A DNA stretch of 64,000 nucleotides from Carcharhinus amblyrhynchos (Eukaryota): positions 99,448,001 to 99,512,000 of the forward strand of contig OZ336875.1 in assembly GCA_965287045.1 (NCBI GenBank), read 5' to 3'. A program made the translations under genes and the position numbers. Of the stretch, positions 47,941-61,349 are shown piece by piece; the stretch's first letter is position 1, and every line of letters begins with the position of its first letter. Below the pieces are notes generated by a model, which saw only the letters and a list, made by a program, of their open reading frames with translations, was not told where the DNA came from and made no database searches.

Positions 47941-49696
47941 GTAAGATTTTTGTGTAATTTTAGAGACCAATTTTTTAAAACAGTATAAGGGTAAAAATTT
48001 ACTGTCGGTGAGATCGGTGCACACGTTTAAGAAATTCAATATATTTTAAATGGGTTAATATCTCAATTAACATAATAGAATAACTCAAACATCTCCACAG
48101 CTGTTATCAGCAAAAGTCATTTTGACACAACTAGATTTGGAATGTTGACTGAACTCAAGGAAATAATTTTATTCAGTATTACTCTGACTAGGTTGGTTGT
48201 AAAAGAGCAGTCATGGGACATTTAAAACTGATTTAAGTTAAATTGCTTAGTAAGCCCATGGTGTTATTGAGAACTGCTTCATCAGATGTTCATGATTAAT
48301 GTTTTGCTGGCTGTCCCTCAGACTGATAGTATGTGTTTTCAAGGATGCTTTTTTATTAATGATTAGATGTTCTGTCCCTCAAAACCAATAAAGTTTTTGA
48401 AAAGTTTATGTCAGATAGTCATAGATTTATCAAGTAGATGGAATAATGCTTAAGCATACTCTTAAAATATAGGATTTACAACCATATCTGATGGTTGGCA
48501 ACTAAAACACCTTACCATTCTGGCTGCAACATTAAGGCTGATGACCGCTTTGAATCCTGTTCCACAATGCAATATGATACTTGCATTCTCTTACAACTAT
48601 TATCTGACAATTCCACATTACATTACATGAGTGGACGTAGTTGGATTCACTTCATTACCATTCAGCTTTTCCAAATACTTATTTTTCCATCGGTTAACAA
48701 GCTCTCTATAATGCCCTGTTTTGTTATCACAAACTTCTCTCATCACAATAATTGCTGTTTCACAAAGTGAAACTACTAATTATAAGTCTTGTATTTGATT
48801 CTGTATCATTGAGCACCAGAATGATTCTAAACTCTAATTAAAAAGGATAATGTTTTAGCCAAATGTTTTCCTTTTGCAAAATTAGCTGATAACCTTGCAC
48901 CTATAATGTTGAACCTGCTGTGAAATCCAAAAATAAGCTTGCAACAGTGTGCCTCCAAACGTTTTATCAATAGGCATGTGGCTACTTAACATTAAAACCT
49001 GCCAGTGCTATGAGGGTTAGTTGCCATTCAAAAGTTCAATGGTCATCATTTTAACATATTGTAATTTTTGAATCATAATATCCTATGTATAATGGCTATA
49101 AAGCAACATTATTACAATATAAAGAGATATGAAGAAATAACAATTCAAGTCAGATTGATAATCCCTTCACTTACACTGGACTGCCCTGTTTTACTTCCAG
49201 AATAGCCTTAATAGGAACAAGACTAAGCTATTCAGCCCATCGAGCTTGCTGTGCTATTCAATACAATCATAAAGATCATTTTTCATGCTGAACGTTGTGC
49301 AATCATTAGTAAACATTCTCACTTCTGACTTCACGGTGGTAGGAAGGTCACTGAAGCAGCTGAAGGAGGTTGGGCCAAGGACAGTAACCTAAGGAGCTCA
49401 TGTTGGTTACCTAAAACTGAGCTGACTGCTCATGTCAAAATAATTTGCTGTACTGTGAAGTATATTTCCATTTATTATGTAAAATAATCTGAAGAAAGTA
49501 TATACAACAGAAAACTTACAAATGTGAAGCGAAAGAGTTGGGATACTTGTGTTTTAATGCAGTTTTATGGCTTAAAACTGTGCAATCACCTCAATATATC
49601 AGTAAGATTCTAAAGGGATGGTCTGGTTAATCAAATAAACAAGAACACTTCAGATTTCTCCTCACATCTGGAAAAACTAATGTTTAATTATTCTAG

Positions 49697-49764
49697 GAGC
49701 TTGGGAAGAACTGGGAGGAGGTTCAGTCTGAAGATGACAGAGAAATGATAGAAGAGCAAAATGA
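49697..49764 (+). CDS. ZNF277: ZNF277 exon 8 (ELGKNWEEVQSEDDREMIEEQN)
   Basis: ttctag acceptor, GTAAGT donor, 68 nt. Confidence 0.96.
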
Positions 49765-52282
49765 GTAAGTGGTTTTAAGGTTTCAAACTGCTGCCGTTAT
49801 CACTTTGTGCATGTTCTTAGTGGGTAAATTAACTTTGTTTTGCAAATAAACCAAAGGAACTGGGAGGAAATTACAAAGCACTAATGTAGTCTTGTGATTC
49901 ATATTAAGTCATACACCACAAGACTGAAGTTTATACTTTCCATCTGCAGCCTTACTCCACCTATTTATTTTTGATACCATTAAGAACTTTTTTAATTCAA
50001 TCAGTCTGAAAATTTGTAACTGATGTTCAGATTTGTTCATGAGAAAAATAGAATGAAGAAGAGATTGCTTCCTGACTCTTGACTCATTCCTCTCTTTCAT
50101 CAGCCAAGAGGGGGAAAAAAAAATGAATGATGTAAGCTTGTTTCTCCCTCTGCACAGTGGCATCTCACTAACAGCATGCCATGCCTTGGCACAGAATACA
50201 CTTGGAGCTGGTGAAATGTTGACAAGCCCTGACAGTTACATTTGTTGTGTTTATGAGCTGCTTCACATGCTATATATTATTGACTCAGTGATAGCTTTGT
50301 AGCTTTCATTTCTTTTCCATCTTTCTCATCCTGGTGAGCCATTTTATATTTCTGTCAAAAGAAATTTGTATTGCATGAGCACATTGCCAATGAAAATCAT
50401 CAATGGCGATTATATCAAACTCCACCCTTCATGATCTGTACCTCTAGTTTTCCTGGTGTTTATAAACTTTTTAAACTTCCCAATTCATGTCGCAGAAAAT
50501 GATGTAACCATGATACTTCAGAGCAATTTCATAGTGATTTTTCAGCATCAAACAGTAATGGAGCAGTTTGCAATAAATTCATTTTCATTCAGTTGCACTT
50601 CATAAACTGTCAGGACAACACGCATGCCTGGTTCTCGAGTACATTTGTATAGTTATTATTGGCAGAAACAATTTTTGTAATTGTGGTGAAATTTTTAAAA
50701 TTCCCTCATGGAAAAAAATTGCAGAATTGCAGAAATTCAGGAGAACCAAAGGCAATTGTAATATGGAAAAGATGTTGTTAGAATTTGACTGAGTTGGTTG
50801 GCAATACAAAAATAGAACCTTTGCAAAACAAGGAGGCCATCAGTGCATCAAGTCTATGCCAGCTCTTTATAGGACAATCAAATTAGTCTCATTCCTCTGC
50901 TGTATCTCTATAGCCCTCTTAAGTTTATCTCCCTGAAGTGCCCATTCAATTTTCTTTTAAAATCATTCATTGTCTCCCCTTCCATCATCCTCGTAGACAA
51001 TGAATTCAAGGTTATTACCGCTCACTGCATTAGAGAAAGTACTTCACATCCAGCCTGCATCCCTTGCCCAAAATCTAACATGTGGAGGAACTGTAGTGGA
51101 ACATGTCAGAAATTTCCATTGCTGAACATAATACTCAAAATACCTGGTTCAGCAAGCTATAACTAGCTTTGCATTTGAATAAGTTATGGGTTCCAGGTGA
51201 TGGCTCTGTGGGAAAGGGTATCATTGACAAGATAAATAGTATGTCAAGTTTTACTGTATGATCATAGATTAATTAGACTTGAATAAAATGTTGAGATATC
51301 ACTACAGCCCAGCAGTTCTAATGTTCCTGATAAAAGTATGAGGGTTGGATTTAAGTATAAGCATCTCTTGTGTTTGCGTTCTACTCATCAAGAGGATTGA
51401 AAGCCTAGCAACATTCTCCACCTGTAGTAAAAGGTAGTGAGAGGACACTGGTGTGGCATTGCCACCAATGCACTGTTTTTTGTGGCTTTACAATACATTA
51501 ACTCTAACACAAAAAAGAGATTTTTCCCCAGTCTGGCACAAAAAGTTATAGTAATCATTGGACAAATAAAGGCTTTAAAGGTTCAGGTAGGGAACCACTC
51601 ATCACAGAGTGCTAAGCCTCTGCTCTGCTCTGGTGCTCCAATATAGATCCCTGGGGAACATCACTTGTCACATTTCAGCTGAGTGGCTTGCTAGGACATT
51701 TGAGTGGGCATCAAGGATTACTGTAATCACTTGCAAGTCAGACTAGGTCAGAATGATAGACTTCTTTCCCTGGAAGATGGCAATGAATCAGCTAGGGTTT
51801 TTTATATCAGTCCAGATGTTTTAATGGTTACTAGTGTTGGTGCACAAATTCAGTTTCACAACTTGAATTCATGACCTCTGGTTTTAATTGTCCAGCATCG
51901 TGACCACTCTATTACTTGCTAGTCATTATGTTGGGAGGCATCAAGAGAACACAAGGATAAAGATTAGGAGAGTCAGCAGTCCCTCATTTTCTAGTGGCTG
52001 GCTCATGAGGAATGTTATTGGAGAACTGGGATCACCTTCCTGGAGAGAAAGGAACAGATGGGTGCACAAAAGGAAACCTTTTTGCAAGAAAGTCCTGTTT
52101 CTCATTCAGCAGCTCACTGGGTATGTCACAAGAAGCCTGCCAGTGAGACTAAAATTATACTCAAAGGCAGTAAAATGTCAAAGATTTTTTTTCAGGCTGC
52201 AAACTTGTCCATAAAATTAGTAAATTTTTGGATAATAAGCTTTAGTTTTATTTGTTGTGAAGCCAAGTTGGCAACCAGTTTG

Positions 52283-52690
52283 TTTGATTTGATTTATTAT
52301 TGTCACATGTATTGGTATACAGTGGAAAGTATTGTTTCTTGCACGCTATACAGGCAAAGCATACCGTTCATAGAATACATAGGGGAGAAGAAAAGGAGAG
52401 GGTGCAGGATGTTGTGTTGCAGTCACAGCTAGGGTGTAGCGAAAGATCAACTTAATGTAAGGTAGGTTCATTCAAAAGTTTGATGGCAGTAGGGGAGAAA
52501 CTATTATTGAATCGGTTGGTACATGATCTCAGACTTTTGCATCGTCTTCCCGACTGAAGAAGATGGAAGAGAGTATGAGAGGGTGAGTGGGATTCTTGAT
52601 TATGCTGGCTACTTTTCCGAGGAAGTATTGTCCGAATCAATGGACGGGAGGCTGGTTTGGGTGATTCACAACCCTTTGTAGTTTCTTGCA
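52283..52690 (-). mobile_element. Rex1/Babar-like LINE 3' end
   Basis: Peptide FHLLQSGRRCKSLRSCTNRFNNSFSPTAIKLLN resembles the recalled Rex1 C-terminus; tail tacatgtgacaataataaatcaaatc. Confidence 0.7.
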
Positions 52691-53101
52691 GTTGTTATGG
52701 TTAACATGGTACAAAATACTTCTCAGGTTGGTCTCCATAAACTCTAATAAGATTACCAATTGCAGTTTCTTCTTTCTCCTCTTGCATTGTTTTTATCTGT
52801 AACCTTGATTTTTGTTACACCTAACAAAGAAGTGAAATAGATACATGTTCTAAAGTAAAGTGGATTCTTGGGATCTGTTTCACTATAAATTAAATTGTGC
52901 AAGTACCATAAATAATTGCAAGTAGCTAATACCTTAGATTGGGCTCCAGTTGTCATCCTGTTATGCCTTCGACAGTTCAGGTGGTATTTAATCAGAGCAT
53001 TAGGAACAAGAGTAGATTGTTTTATTGAGCCATTATGGACTATTGCATTTAACAAATATGTTGTCATTTTCTGTAGCTTTATTCTTACATTATTTTTATA
53101 G

Positions 53102-53198
53102 TGATTGGTCTGATTGGCAAGGCCCTCCAGTGTGTGCTGTTTGCCTCTTCTGTGAGAAAGCACAAGATACAACTGAAAAACTGCAACTTCACATGAAG
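53102..53198 (+). CDS. ZNF277: ZNF277 exon 9 (DWSDWQGPPVCAVCLFCEKAQDTTEKLQLHMK)
   Basis: ttttatag acceptor, GTAAAA donor, 97 nt. Confidence 0.97.
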
Positions 53199-55022
53199 GT
53201 AAAACTCAGTAAAAGAACAGCATAGAATATGTAACTTCTCCAATTAACAAATGAAAACACCACGTAATCTATGGGATTTTATTACATTCCCCTAGTGACA
53301 TTATCCTACAGTCTGAACATGTCTTTTTTAAATCAAATCACCAATTTTTGGGGGAGAAAAACAATTTAAATGTGTGATGGTGGTTTCTTCTAACCACATT
53401 TAAGTTACATTGTGAAAATGAGCTACTGTGTTTCCTAAGAAAAAAATAAAAATCTCAAATTTGATTTAGATGAAGCAATATGTATTTGATCTGGTTAACT
53501 ACCAACTTTTATTATACACATTTTTAAAGGTATTATTTATTCATTGTCTTTTTCACTGCAATACACAATTTCTGACTGGAAAGAGCATCAAGCAATTTGC
53601 TTCCAGGTCACGTAATCCAATGCACATCACTAAAAGTAACATTGGAATGGCATGTAAGACAGAGTTCTCTCCCAGATTACCGCCCAAAGTTCCATAGGAT
53701 CATAATGAAGAATTGTGGAAAATTCAGACACCTACTTCACAAGCGGAACAGGATTTCCTTTCCCCATTGAAGATCAATGTCCCCTTCCTACATGAACAAG
53801 AAAGCCAAGGCCCAGATTCCTGGCAGATTTCACTTCCATATGCCCCACTTACAAAATAATACAATACAGAAGATGAATGTTTAGCCTATCAAGTTTTACT
53901 TCCTGGGGTTGTTGTGTGAAAGTTAACAGTTATAGCAATGAAGTATTTAATTATCCATCACCATTCACGGCTGGATGTGGCAGGACTGCGGAGTTTAGAA
54001 CTGATCCATTGGTTATGGAATTGTTTACCTCTATCTAATTTATTGTACATACAGTTTGGCATGCTAGTCATCCTGTGTTATAGCTTCACCAAATGCTTGG
54101 TGTTAACTGTCAATCATCATCAACTGATGCATTCTCCAAGGTGATGCCTCTACCAATCTAAGTTCACTTGCCATTCTATCATTACTCTCTTCTCATGAAG
54201 TATGAAGTCTTTGTTTCCCTTGACACTGGTATTTTTGTGATTGTCCTGATGAGTGCAAGACAAAATTGGTAACAAAATTATCTTTCTTCAACAATACTGA
54301 AGTTCTGTACCACCAAACTACTATTTGCATCTTTAATTGTTTAAAGAATGTTTGACAAGGACTTTTAAGATTTGTATCATTGGAAAGGGATCAATGGCCA
54401 TTTACTTGATAACAAGAAATATTTGTGCATGGTATCTGATGATTCTTGACCTGAAAACAATTTGCACCAGGAAGGAAGTTGAGAAAGAAGCTGTATGGCT
54501 GGCAAATATAAAGGACGACTGTTAGCATTTGATCTGAAGGGTGAAGTTAATTAGTACATGGATGCAGACACAAAGAGAAAGCAGACAGAGATTGAAAGAT
54601 GAATGCAACTCTTGTGAGAAGACGATATCCTTTTCAGATTTTCAATTTGACAGGAAAGGAGACTGGAGCTCTTGGAGTAATGTGCAAACTTACAAAAAAG
54701 ATCTAAAATCTGGAAAGCTGTGAGTAGCTCAGAGATTTTGAGATTTTATGAGCTAAAGGGCTGGGTATTTCCCCAGCAGTGGTAAAACTGTGATTTAGTT
54801 GGCTGGTTGAAAAGGAACTCTGGAATATTGCATCATCCAGACTGTCATTCCCCAAGGGAGAGAAGATGCATAGAAATGTGCATTGCTGATGATAATTGTA
54901 CACGTGAAATCAAGGATAGGACTCCTGATTTACCCTTCATGAATAAAGGGCAGCATATTGTGTAACTGTGCAGCTACACGGTGCTATGTATGTCTGGGGA
55001 GTGATGGGCATGGTTGTGGTTG

Positions 55023-56101
55023 TGTAAGTGACGCAATGAAGATGAAGAAACAATGAAATTATACACAGGAGTATTGGACTTTGATTTGTATATTTTAAAA
55101 TGGACACAAATCCCAAAGATGCCAAAGACTGGCAGGAATTGCTGCGTGGTGATTCTCCAAGTGACAATGGAACCCCTCCCTGTGTTTCCAGATGAGATGC
55201 TTTAAAATCATTTAAAGACTGATTACCATCTCTGGTAAAGACAAAGGGATATAATGCCTATCTTGAAGACCCTGGTATAATTGCCTGGATGAACTAGTGT
55301 ATTCTGGTTTCCTCTTGGAATATACAAAGAAAGGGGCTCCAGGCCTGTCTGCCCTGTATGTGTGTGCATGCTGTGAGGAAAAACATTGTACGTGTGAGAT
55401 AGAATAACAGAAGAAATGCCTGTGCAAAATGGAAGTAGCATCTTTTGCACGAACATATAAAAACTCTCTTCAAACACTGTGGAAGTCAGTCAGCCAGCAG
55501 AAGGACGCAGCTTAAAAATTAACTGAAATTGCCCCACCAAACTACAGAACACCTGAATCGAAGAATCAGCTATTCGCCTACAGAAGCCAATGATGCTGGA
55601 ATCAGTCTGTAACAACATAAGAACATAAGAAATAGGAGCAGGAGTAGGCCATCTAGCCCTTCGAGCCTGCCCCGTCATTCAGTAAGATCATGGCTGATCT
55701 GTCGCGGCTCAGTTCCACATTCCCGCCCTCTCCCCATAACCCTTAATCCCCTCGCTTATCAAAAACAATACATCACCACCTACTCGCAAATTAAGGATTG
55801 TTCCATTTAACTTTTTATTTATATTTACTTCTTATTGGACTCAATTCTTTCTTCTAATCCATATGAATGTAAATGTGTGTGTTTGACCATTTCTCTTTAC
55901 CTTTTTAGCAGTTAATAAACTTACGCTCTTAACTCAAAAAAGCCTGGTTAAATTGGCTTCCTTGTAAACATAACTATTGTGTCTGGAAAAGGTATCTAAG
56001 GGAAAGGGAACCTTGTTAGATGAAGCATTGTTGCAACCTGCAGAGAGGGGGGTTGAATAAAGACACAGAATTAGTCATCCCATCTCATTCAGGTTGTAAC
56101 A
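55023..56101 (+). mobile_element. Possible solo LTR with CR1 insertion
   Basis: TGTAA...TAACA termini, AATAAA near 55914, TATA-like element near 55276; not verified. Confidence 0.3.
55612..55766 (-). mobile_element. Young CR1 LINE 3' end
   Basis: Reverse complement of 46853-47001 with 6 mismatches counted by eye. Confidence 0.9.
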
Positions 56102-57329
56102 ATTGTGGGGTATCTCAGCCAGGTGGTAACAAATCGAGGGCTCTAGCAGGGATCAACAACTTTCGGGGAACCTCACCTGGGGCTGCTTGTAACAGTAAGG
56201 TGTTTCTTTGTCATATTGACCAAAGTGAAATTTGTCTTTTAATTTGCCTGTCAATTCATGTTTAATTTGCATTGGATCTGATCCCTATTAACCTTTAAGT
56301 GGAATCTTGTTTGTAATTTGTTCAATTGGAGGTCCATGAAACCATAAGACATAGGAGCATAAATGTGCCATTTGGCCTGTTGAATCGGTCATTCATAAAA
56401 TTTGCTTATTTCATCATTCAAGAAACTGGATGGCATATCTACAGGAAAAATAGACAGCACTTGAGAAAACTTGAGAGTACTAAAAAGGGAGCTAAATATG
56501 ACCATTAAGGTGTGTATTAATTAACATCAATTCAACTTTGTTCCTGTCGAAAATTTTGAAATAATTCCATTGCATTGATATTTAATAAGATCATTTTGTG
56601 AAATTATTATACGTCTGTCAATTTGATTAATTGTAATCTTGACACAGAATATATTTAAGTGGGCTAGCTGATTGGAAGGAGGGGGTAGAGTGAAGAGAAT
56701 TAGGAGTGTTATATTCTTTTTGCTGGATTTAAATCCACCTTAGATTTATGGGATGAAGATCTGTTAGCATGTGAGGTTGCAGGAAAAAAAGCTTGTACAG
56801 TTTCAACCGAATTATAACTGCACCTGCAAACACAGCATAATAGCTTAATTTTTGACAGATTTGGAATCTCATTCAGCATGGTCCTTAAGGATTGCTGTTA
56901 CAAATTCATGGAGAACCTTGATCCCAGGCACCAATCTGTAAATGTTGTCAAGGTTATGGACAGAGAGAGCATCCACATTTCAGTACATCAAATAAACTCT
57001 AGATCATATCACGTATTAGAAAGATCAGTTGGATATTTCAAGAAAAAAATCCCCAAAATAGAAAAAAAACATTATTTAGAAGTTACATTTTAGCTTTTGA
57101 AATGCAAATGGAAAACATCATTCTTAAATTAACTTTAAAATGTCTTTAATTTGTGTTGATTCCCACCAGGGAGGCAGTCTGCACCGTGGGTCGTTAACAG
57201 CACGACCTGCACAGCGTTCTTCATTAATACCATTGAAGAAAGGCAGATTCTCACCATATGTATTTTGTGCGTCTAAATTTCAGACTGAGTTATTAACAGC
57301 ATATCAATTAAGCTTCTGAAGACGAGAAA

Positions 57330-58130
57330 ATATAGGAACAGAAGTAGGCTATTAGGCCCATCATGTCTGCTCCGCTACTTGATGAGATCATGACTGATCA
57401 GTCCACTTTCCTGACTTATCCACATAACCCTCAATTCCCTCACTGACGAAAAATTTGTCTGCCTCAGCCTTAAACATTCTTAACAAGCCAACCTTTACAG
57501 TCCTGTACAGTAAAGGGTGTCATAGATTCATTATCCTCTGAAAGACAAAATTCCTCCTCATCTGTGTCATAAATGGGCAACTTCTCATTCGGAGATAATG
57601 CCCTCTGGTCCTAGACTTTCCTTCAAAGGGAAATAACCTCTCAGCATCTATCCTGTCAACCTCTTTGAAAATTCTATCTGTCTCAATAAGGTCACTTCTC
57701 ATTCTTCTAAACTCCAGTGAGGACAGGCCCAACCTACTCAATTTCTCTTCATAGGAAAATCCCTCCATACCGGATCAACCTTGTGAACTTTTGCTGTCTC
57801 CAATGCAAGTATATATTTCCTTAGGTGAGGGGACCAAAGCTCTTCATAGTATTCCAGGTGTGGTCTAATTAGTGCCTTGTATAGTTTCAGCAAGACTCCC
57901 CAATGTTTATACTCCATTTCCTTTAAAATAAAGGCCAATATTCCATTTGCCTTCTCTATTACCTGCTGAACTTGTAAGCTAGATTTTCATGATTTATGCA
58001 CAAGGACACCCAAATCCCTCTGTACTGCAGCTTTTTGCAGTCTTTCTCCATTTAAGAAATCAGTTCCTCAATTTTTCCTACCAAAATGTGTAACTTCACA
58101 TTTTCCTTCATTGTATTCCGTCTGCCAAGT
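57330..58130 (-). mobile_element. CR1 LINE 3' ORF2 fragment
   Basis: LYKALIRPHLEY...WSPHLRK and SYEEKLSRLGLSSLEFRRMRSDLIE motifs. Confidence 0.9.
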
Positions 58131-58590
58131 TTACTATTTAAAATAATATCCCAAATATTTGAAGGAATAATTTGTTACATCGTTTTTATGAACTACCATC
58201 CTACCTCCTTTTTGTAGACTTTGTCACAAAGTAATTTTCTAATAACTTTAGCACTTAAACACCAAAAGTAATAGCTTTTAATCGTTGTTGTAAAACACAT
58301 ACATCTGACCTATAAATATATTTAACTGCCATGATAATTCATGGATTCATGAAGCACTAATCCAGAAATATCCTACTTATGTATGTAAAATAAGACATAA
58401 TGTTGAATAGATGACTGTAAATATGATTGGAAAAAAGGATAAAGATTATTTGTTCTGACAACACATAGATTCACATTTAACTTGGTACATATAATTTACA
58501 TTTTATTAGGGTTGGTGTGGTTGCAGTTTTATTCTTACTGCTGTGGTTTTTTTTAATGTTCAACATTAAGCTGCGCTTCCTGTTTTATAG

Positions 58591-58633
58591 GTAGCTCATA
58601 ACTTTGATCTTCTGAAATTGAAATCAGACATGG
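58591..58633 (+). CDS. ZNF277: ZNF277 exon 10 (VAHNFDLLKLKSDM + 1 nt)
   Basis: ttttatag acceptor, GTATGT donor, 43 nt; completes the HMKVAH finger. Confidence 0.93.
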
Positions 58634-58801
58634 GTATGTATACATATTAAATCCATTATATTTGCAAACACTATTCCGTACTTCATCAGTTTGATGCTTT
58701 CTGCTATTGATTGGGATGGCATGGTGATGCAATCTGTGAAATGTGGATCTTCAGTTTGCTTCCACAGTTTTCCTACGTAGTGTTCTTGTCCTCAAATGTG
58801 T

Positions 58802-58955
58802 TAAACACAGCAAGAAGTCTCACAACACCAGGTTAAAGTCCAACAGGTTTATTTGGTAGCAAACACCACTAGCTTTTGCTATCAAATAAACCAGTTGGAC
58901 TTTAACCTGGTGTTGTGAAACTTCTTACTGTGTTTACCCCAGTCCAATGCAGGTG
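58802..58955. mobile_element. Palindromic Penelope-like terminal element
   Basis: About 60-bp inverted arms at 58802-58862 and 58876-58937. Confidence 0.65.
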
Positions 58956-59995
58956 TCCAGTGGACAGTGAGTGATCCCCAACTGTAAAGGAAGGAACAAT
59001 AAGTTGCCTACTGTGTTCTAATTTCTAGTTGTCCACCACTGAGCAGTAAACCTCAGCACATCGTCTTTGTGGCATCTAAAACCTTTCAGGTAGGAAAAAA
59101 AGGAATAAACAAAAAAAAAAGCGAAAGATAAATATTTTGTTTAAAATTGGACAATTCCTTCCCTGTTGTAGACAGGGTTGGCCTGTTGAGATAACTATAA
59201 CCTCTTCCTTTATCAGGCCCATGATTAAAATGGCAGCCAAGCTTCAGTAGTGTAATTGCAGCTCAATCTGCATCTTTCCAGAAAGGTTCTTCCAGTTTCT
59301 GGCCTGGCAGGAGAGCAGATTAAAATCAGAAGACTGTGGGACCAGTCTGAGACAAAGTGAGTGAATTGTTCTGTAACGTTTAATTGACTGTCTATGTAGG
59401 CAGAATTTAAATCAACCTTTGAATATGAGAAATATAATTCTTTTTAAACTATTGCCTGGTAGCCTTTGTCCTAATCACATTCCTATGACCCAGAATTAAC
59501 TTTGTGGCATCATTATAAGATAACTCAACCTGAAAATCCCCTTTAGGCCAAATGAGTAAAAATCTTTCAATCTGATACAGCCCAATAAAATTCAAAGTTC
59601 AATATTTGATTTTTTTTCTGAGTTATCTGGTTTCAGCAGGGATACTAGTCAAGGTGGCATAGAGGACCTCTGCACTAGTGGGCTCAGAATAGAAGAGGAA
59701 AAAAAACACTTCCTGTTCCTGACTTACCAAGGAACGCCTGCTGAAAGTGTGTGTTGACTAAGATGTTGATTGGCCTTGATTGTGAATTCTTCACAGCTGG
59801 TGTTACCTGAGAGTTTCGTGAATGTTGCGTTGGTAATGAAACACACTTTTTTGTTATTGGCAGTTTTTGCCAAGTATGAAATGAAAGGAAACATTGCATT
59901 CTGCTTACAGTGCAATCTCCAAAATTCTGAGGAAGTCCCTTGTTAGCTTATAATAAAGTACTCCAACTGCTAATTTGAGATGCATCATAACATTC

Positions 59996-60351
59996 CATAG
60001 AATCATCATCGAATCCCTACAGTGCAGAAAGAGGCCATCTGGCCCATTTAGTCTGCGCCAACTCTCTGAAAGAACATCCCATCCAGGCTCTCCCATAACT
60101 CCTTGCATTTACCATGGCTAATCCATACAAACTACACATCTTTAGACACTAAGAAGAAATTGACCATGGCCAATCCACCTAGCCTGCACACATTTGGACT
60201 GTGGGAGGAAACCGAAGCATCCGGAGGGAACCCATACAGACACAGGGAGAGAGTGCAAGCTTCACAGAGGCAGTCACCCAAGTCCAGCATCAAACCCAAG
60301 TCCCTGGTGTTATGAGGCATCAGTGCTGGTCACTGTGCCACCGTACCACCC
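59996..60351 (-). mobile_element. HE1-like SINE, full length
   Basis: gaatccctacagtgcagaaagaggcc...cactgtgccaccgt; ends about 70 nt before the exon 11 acceptor. Confidence 0.85.
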
Positions 60352-60423
60352 GGTCATTCAGAGCCAAAATGTATTTCATCCTGAACATGCTGGACAAGCA
60401 GTAATTTTTTTCACTTTTCACAG

Positions 60424-60598
60424 GTTTAAACTTCTACCAGCAGGTCAAATTAGTGAATTTTATCAGAAGAGAAATTCACCAGTGTCGTTGCAATGAGTGT
60501 GGGAAAACATTTAGCTCAAAATCAGAAGTTGTAAGTCATATGACAGAAACAAGCCACATAATGTCACTGCTGGACAGATCTGCCTGGGATCAGCCACA
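60424..60598 (+). CDS. ZNF277: ZNF277 exon 11 (LNFYQQVKLVNFIRREIHQCRCNECGKTF...HMTETSH...WDQP)
   Basis: ttcacag acceptor, GTAAGT donor, 175 nt. Confidence 0.97.
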
Positions 60599-61134
60599 GT
60601 AAGTGTTGAATTCAAATACAATAAGTCCCCATTTTATGTTGCCCCATTTTATTTACATTGTTTCACTTCAGCGTCAGTCATTTAATGGGACCTGTATTCT
60701 CATTCAGTGTTGCATTTTTCATGTTAAAATAGTTTCATGTTGTTTTGATAAGAGGGTCATATCTGATTGTTGCCATTTTGGAGCAGTCCCTCCTGCTCTG
60801 TGACCCTTTCTCTCACTGCCAACCTCTCTTGCTGCCTAACCCACCTTCTCACTGCCAACCTTCTAGTTTGTGGCCTCTCACCGCTCCTTAACTGACCCTC
60901 TGCAGCCTCTGCGACTCCTGAGTCTTTCCTCTTGAGATCCTCTTGCCAAACTTCCTGCTCACCAACTCATCTGCTTGCCACTCCCCTCTCCTGCACCCTT
61001 ACTGAGTGAGGGCTCTATAGATGAGCAGCGAGAAGCAGGAGGACTGCTTTGACTTCCTGCAGGTAGGTTTTTCACCTCCACTTGTTCATTTGGAAATATG
61101 CTCGAAGTATTGATAACTTTTGATCTAAATAGCT

Positions 61135-61349
61135 TCCTGACAAGCTACTGGAGGTAGTAGTAGAGGCTGGGACAATTTTATCTTTTAAGAAGTATTTAGA
61201 TGGTTACATGGATACGATGGGTATAGAGGGGTATGGGCCAAACGCAGGCAATTGTGATTAGCTTAGGGATTTAAAAAAATAAGGGCGGCATGGACAAGTT
61301 GGGCCAAAGGGCCTGTTTCCATGCTGTAAATTTCTATGACTGTATGACT
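61135..61349 (+). mobile_element. CR1 LINE 3' end (ctatgact tail)
   Basis: ggcatggacaagttgggccaaagggcctgtttccatgctgtaaatttctatgactgtatgact. Confidence 0.8.

Noticed and set aside
49857-49868. 12-mer gaactgggagga repeated about 150 bp after exon 8
   Set aside because: Too short, with no flanking similarity or splice sites; a duplicated exon is not supported.
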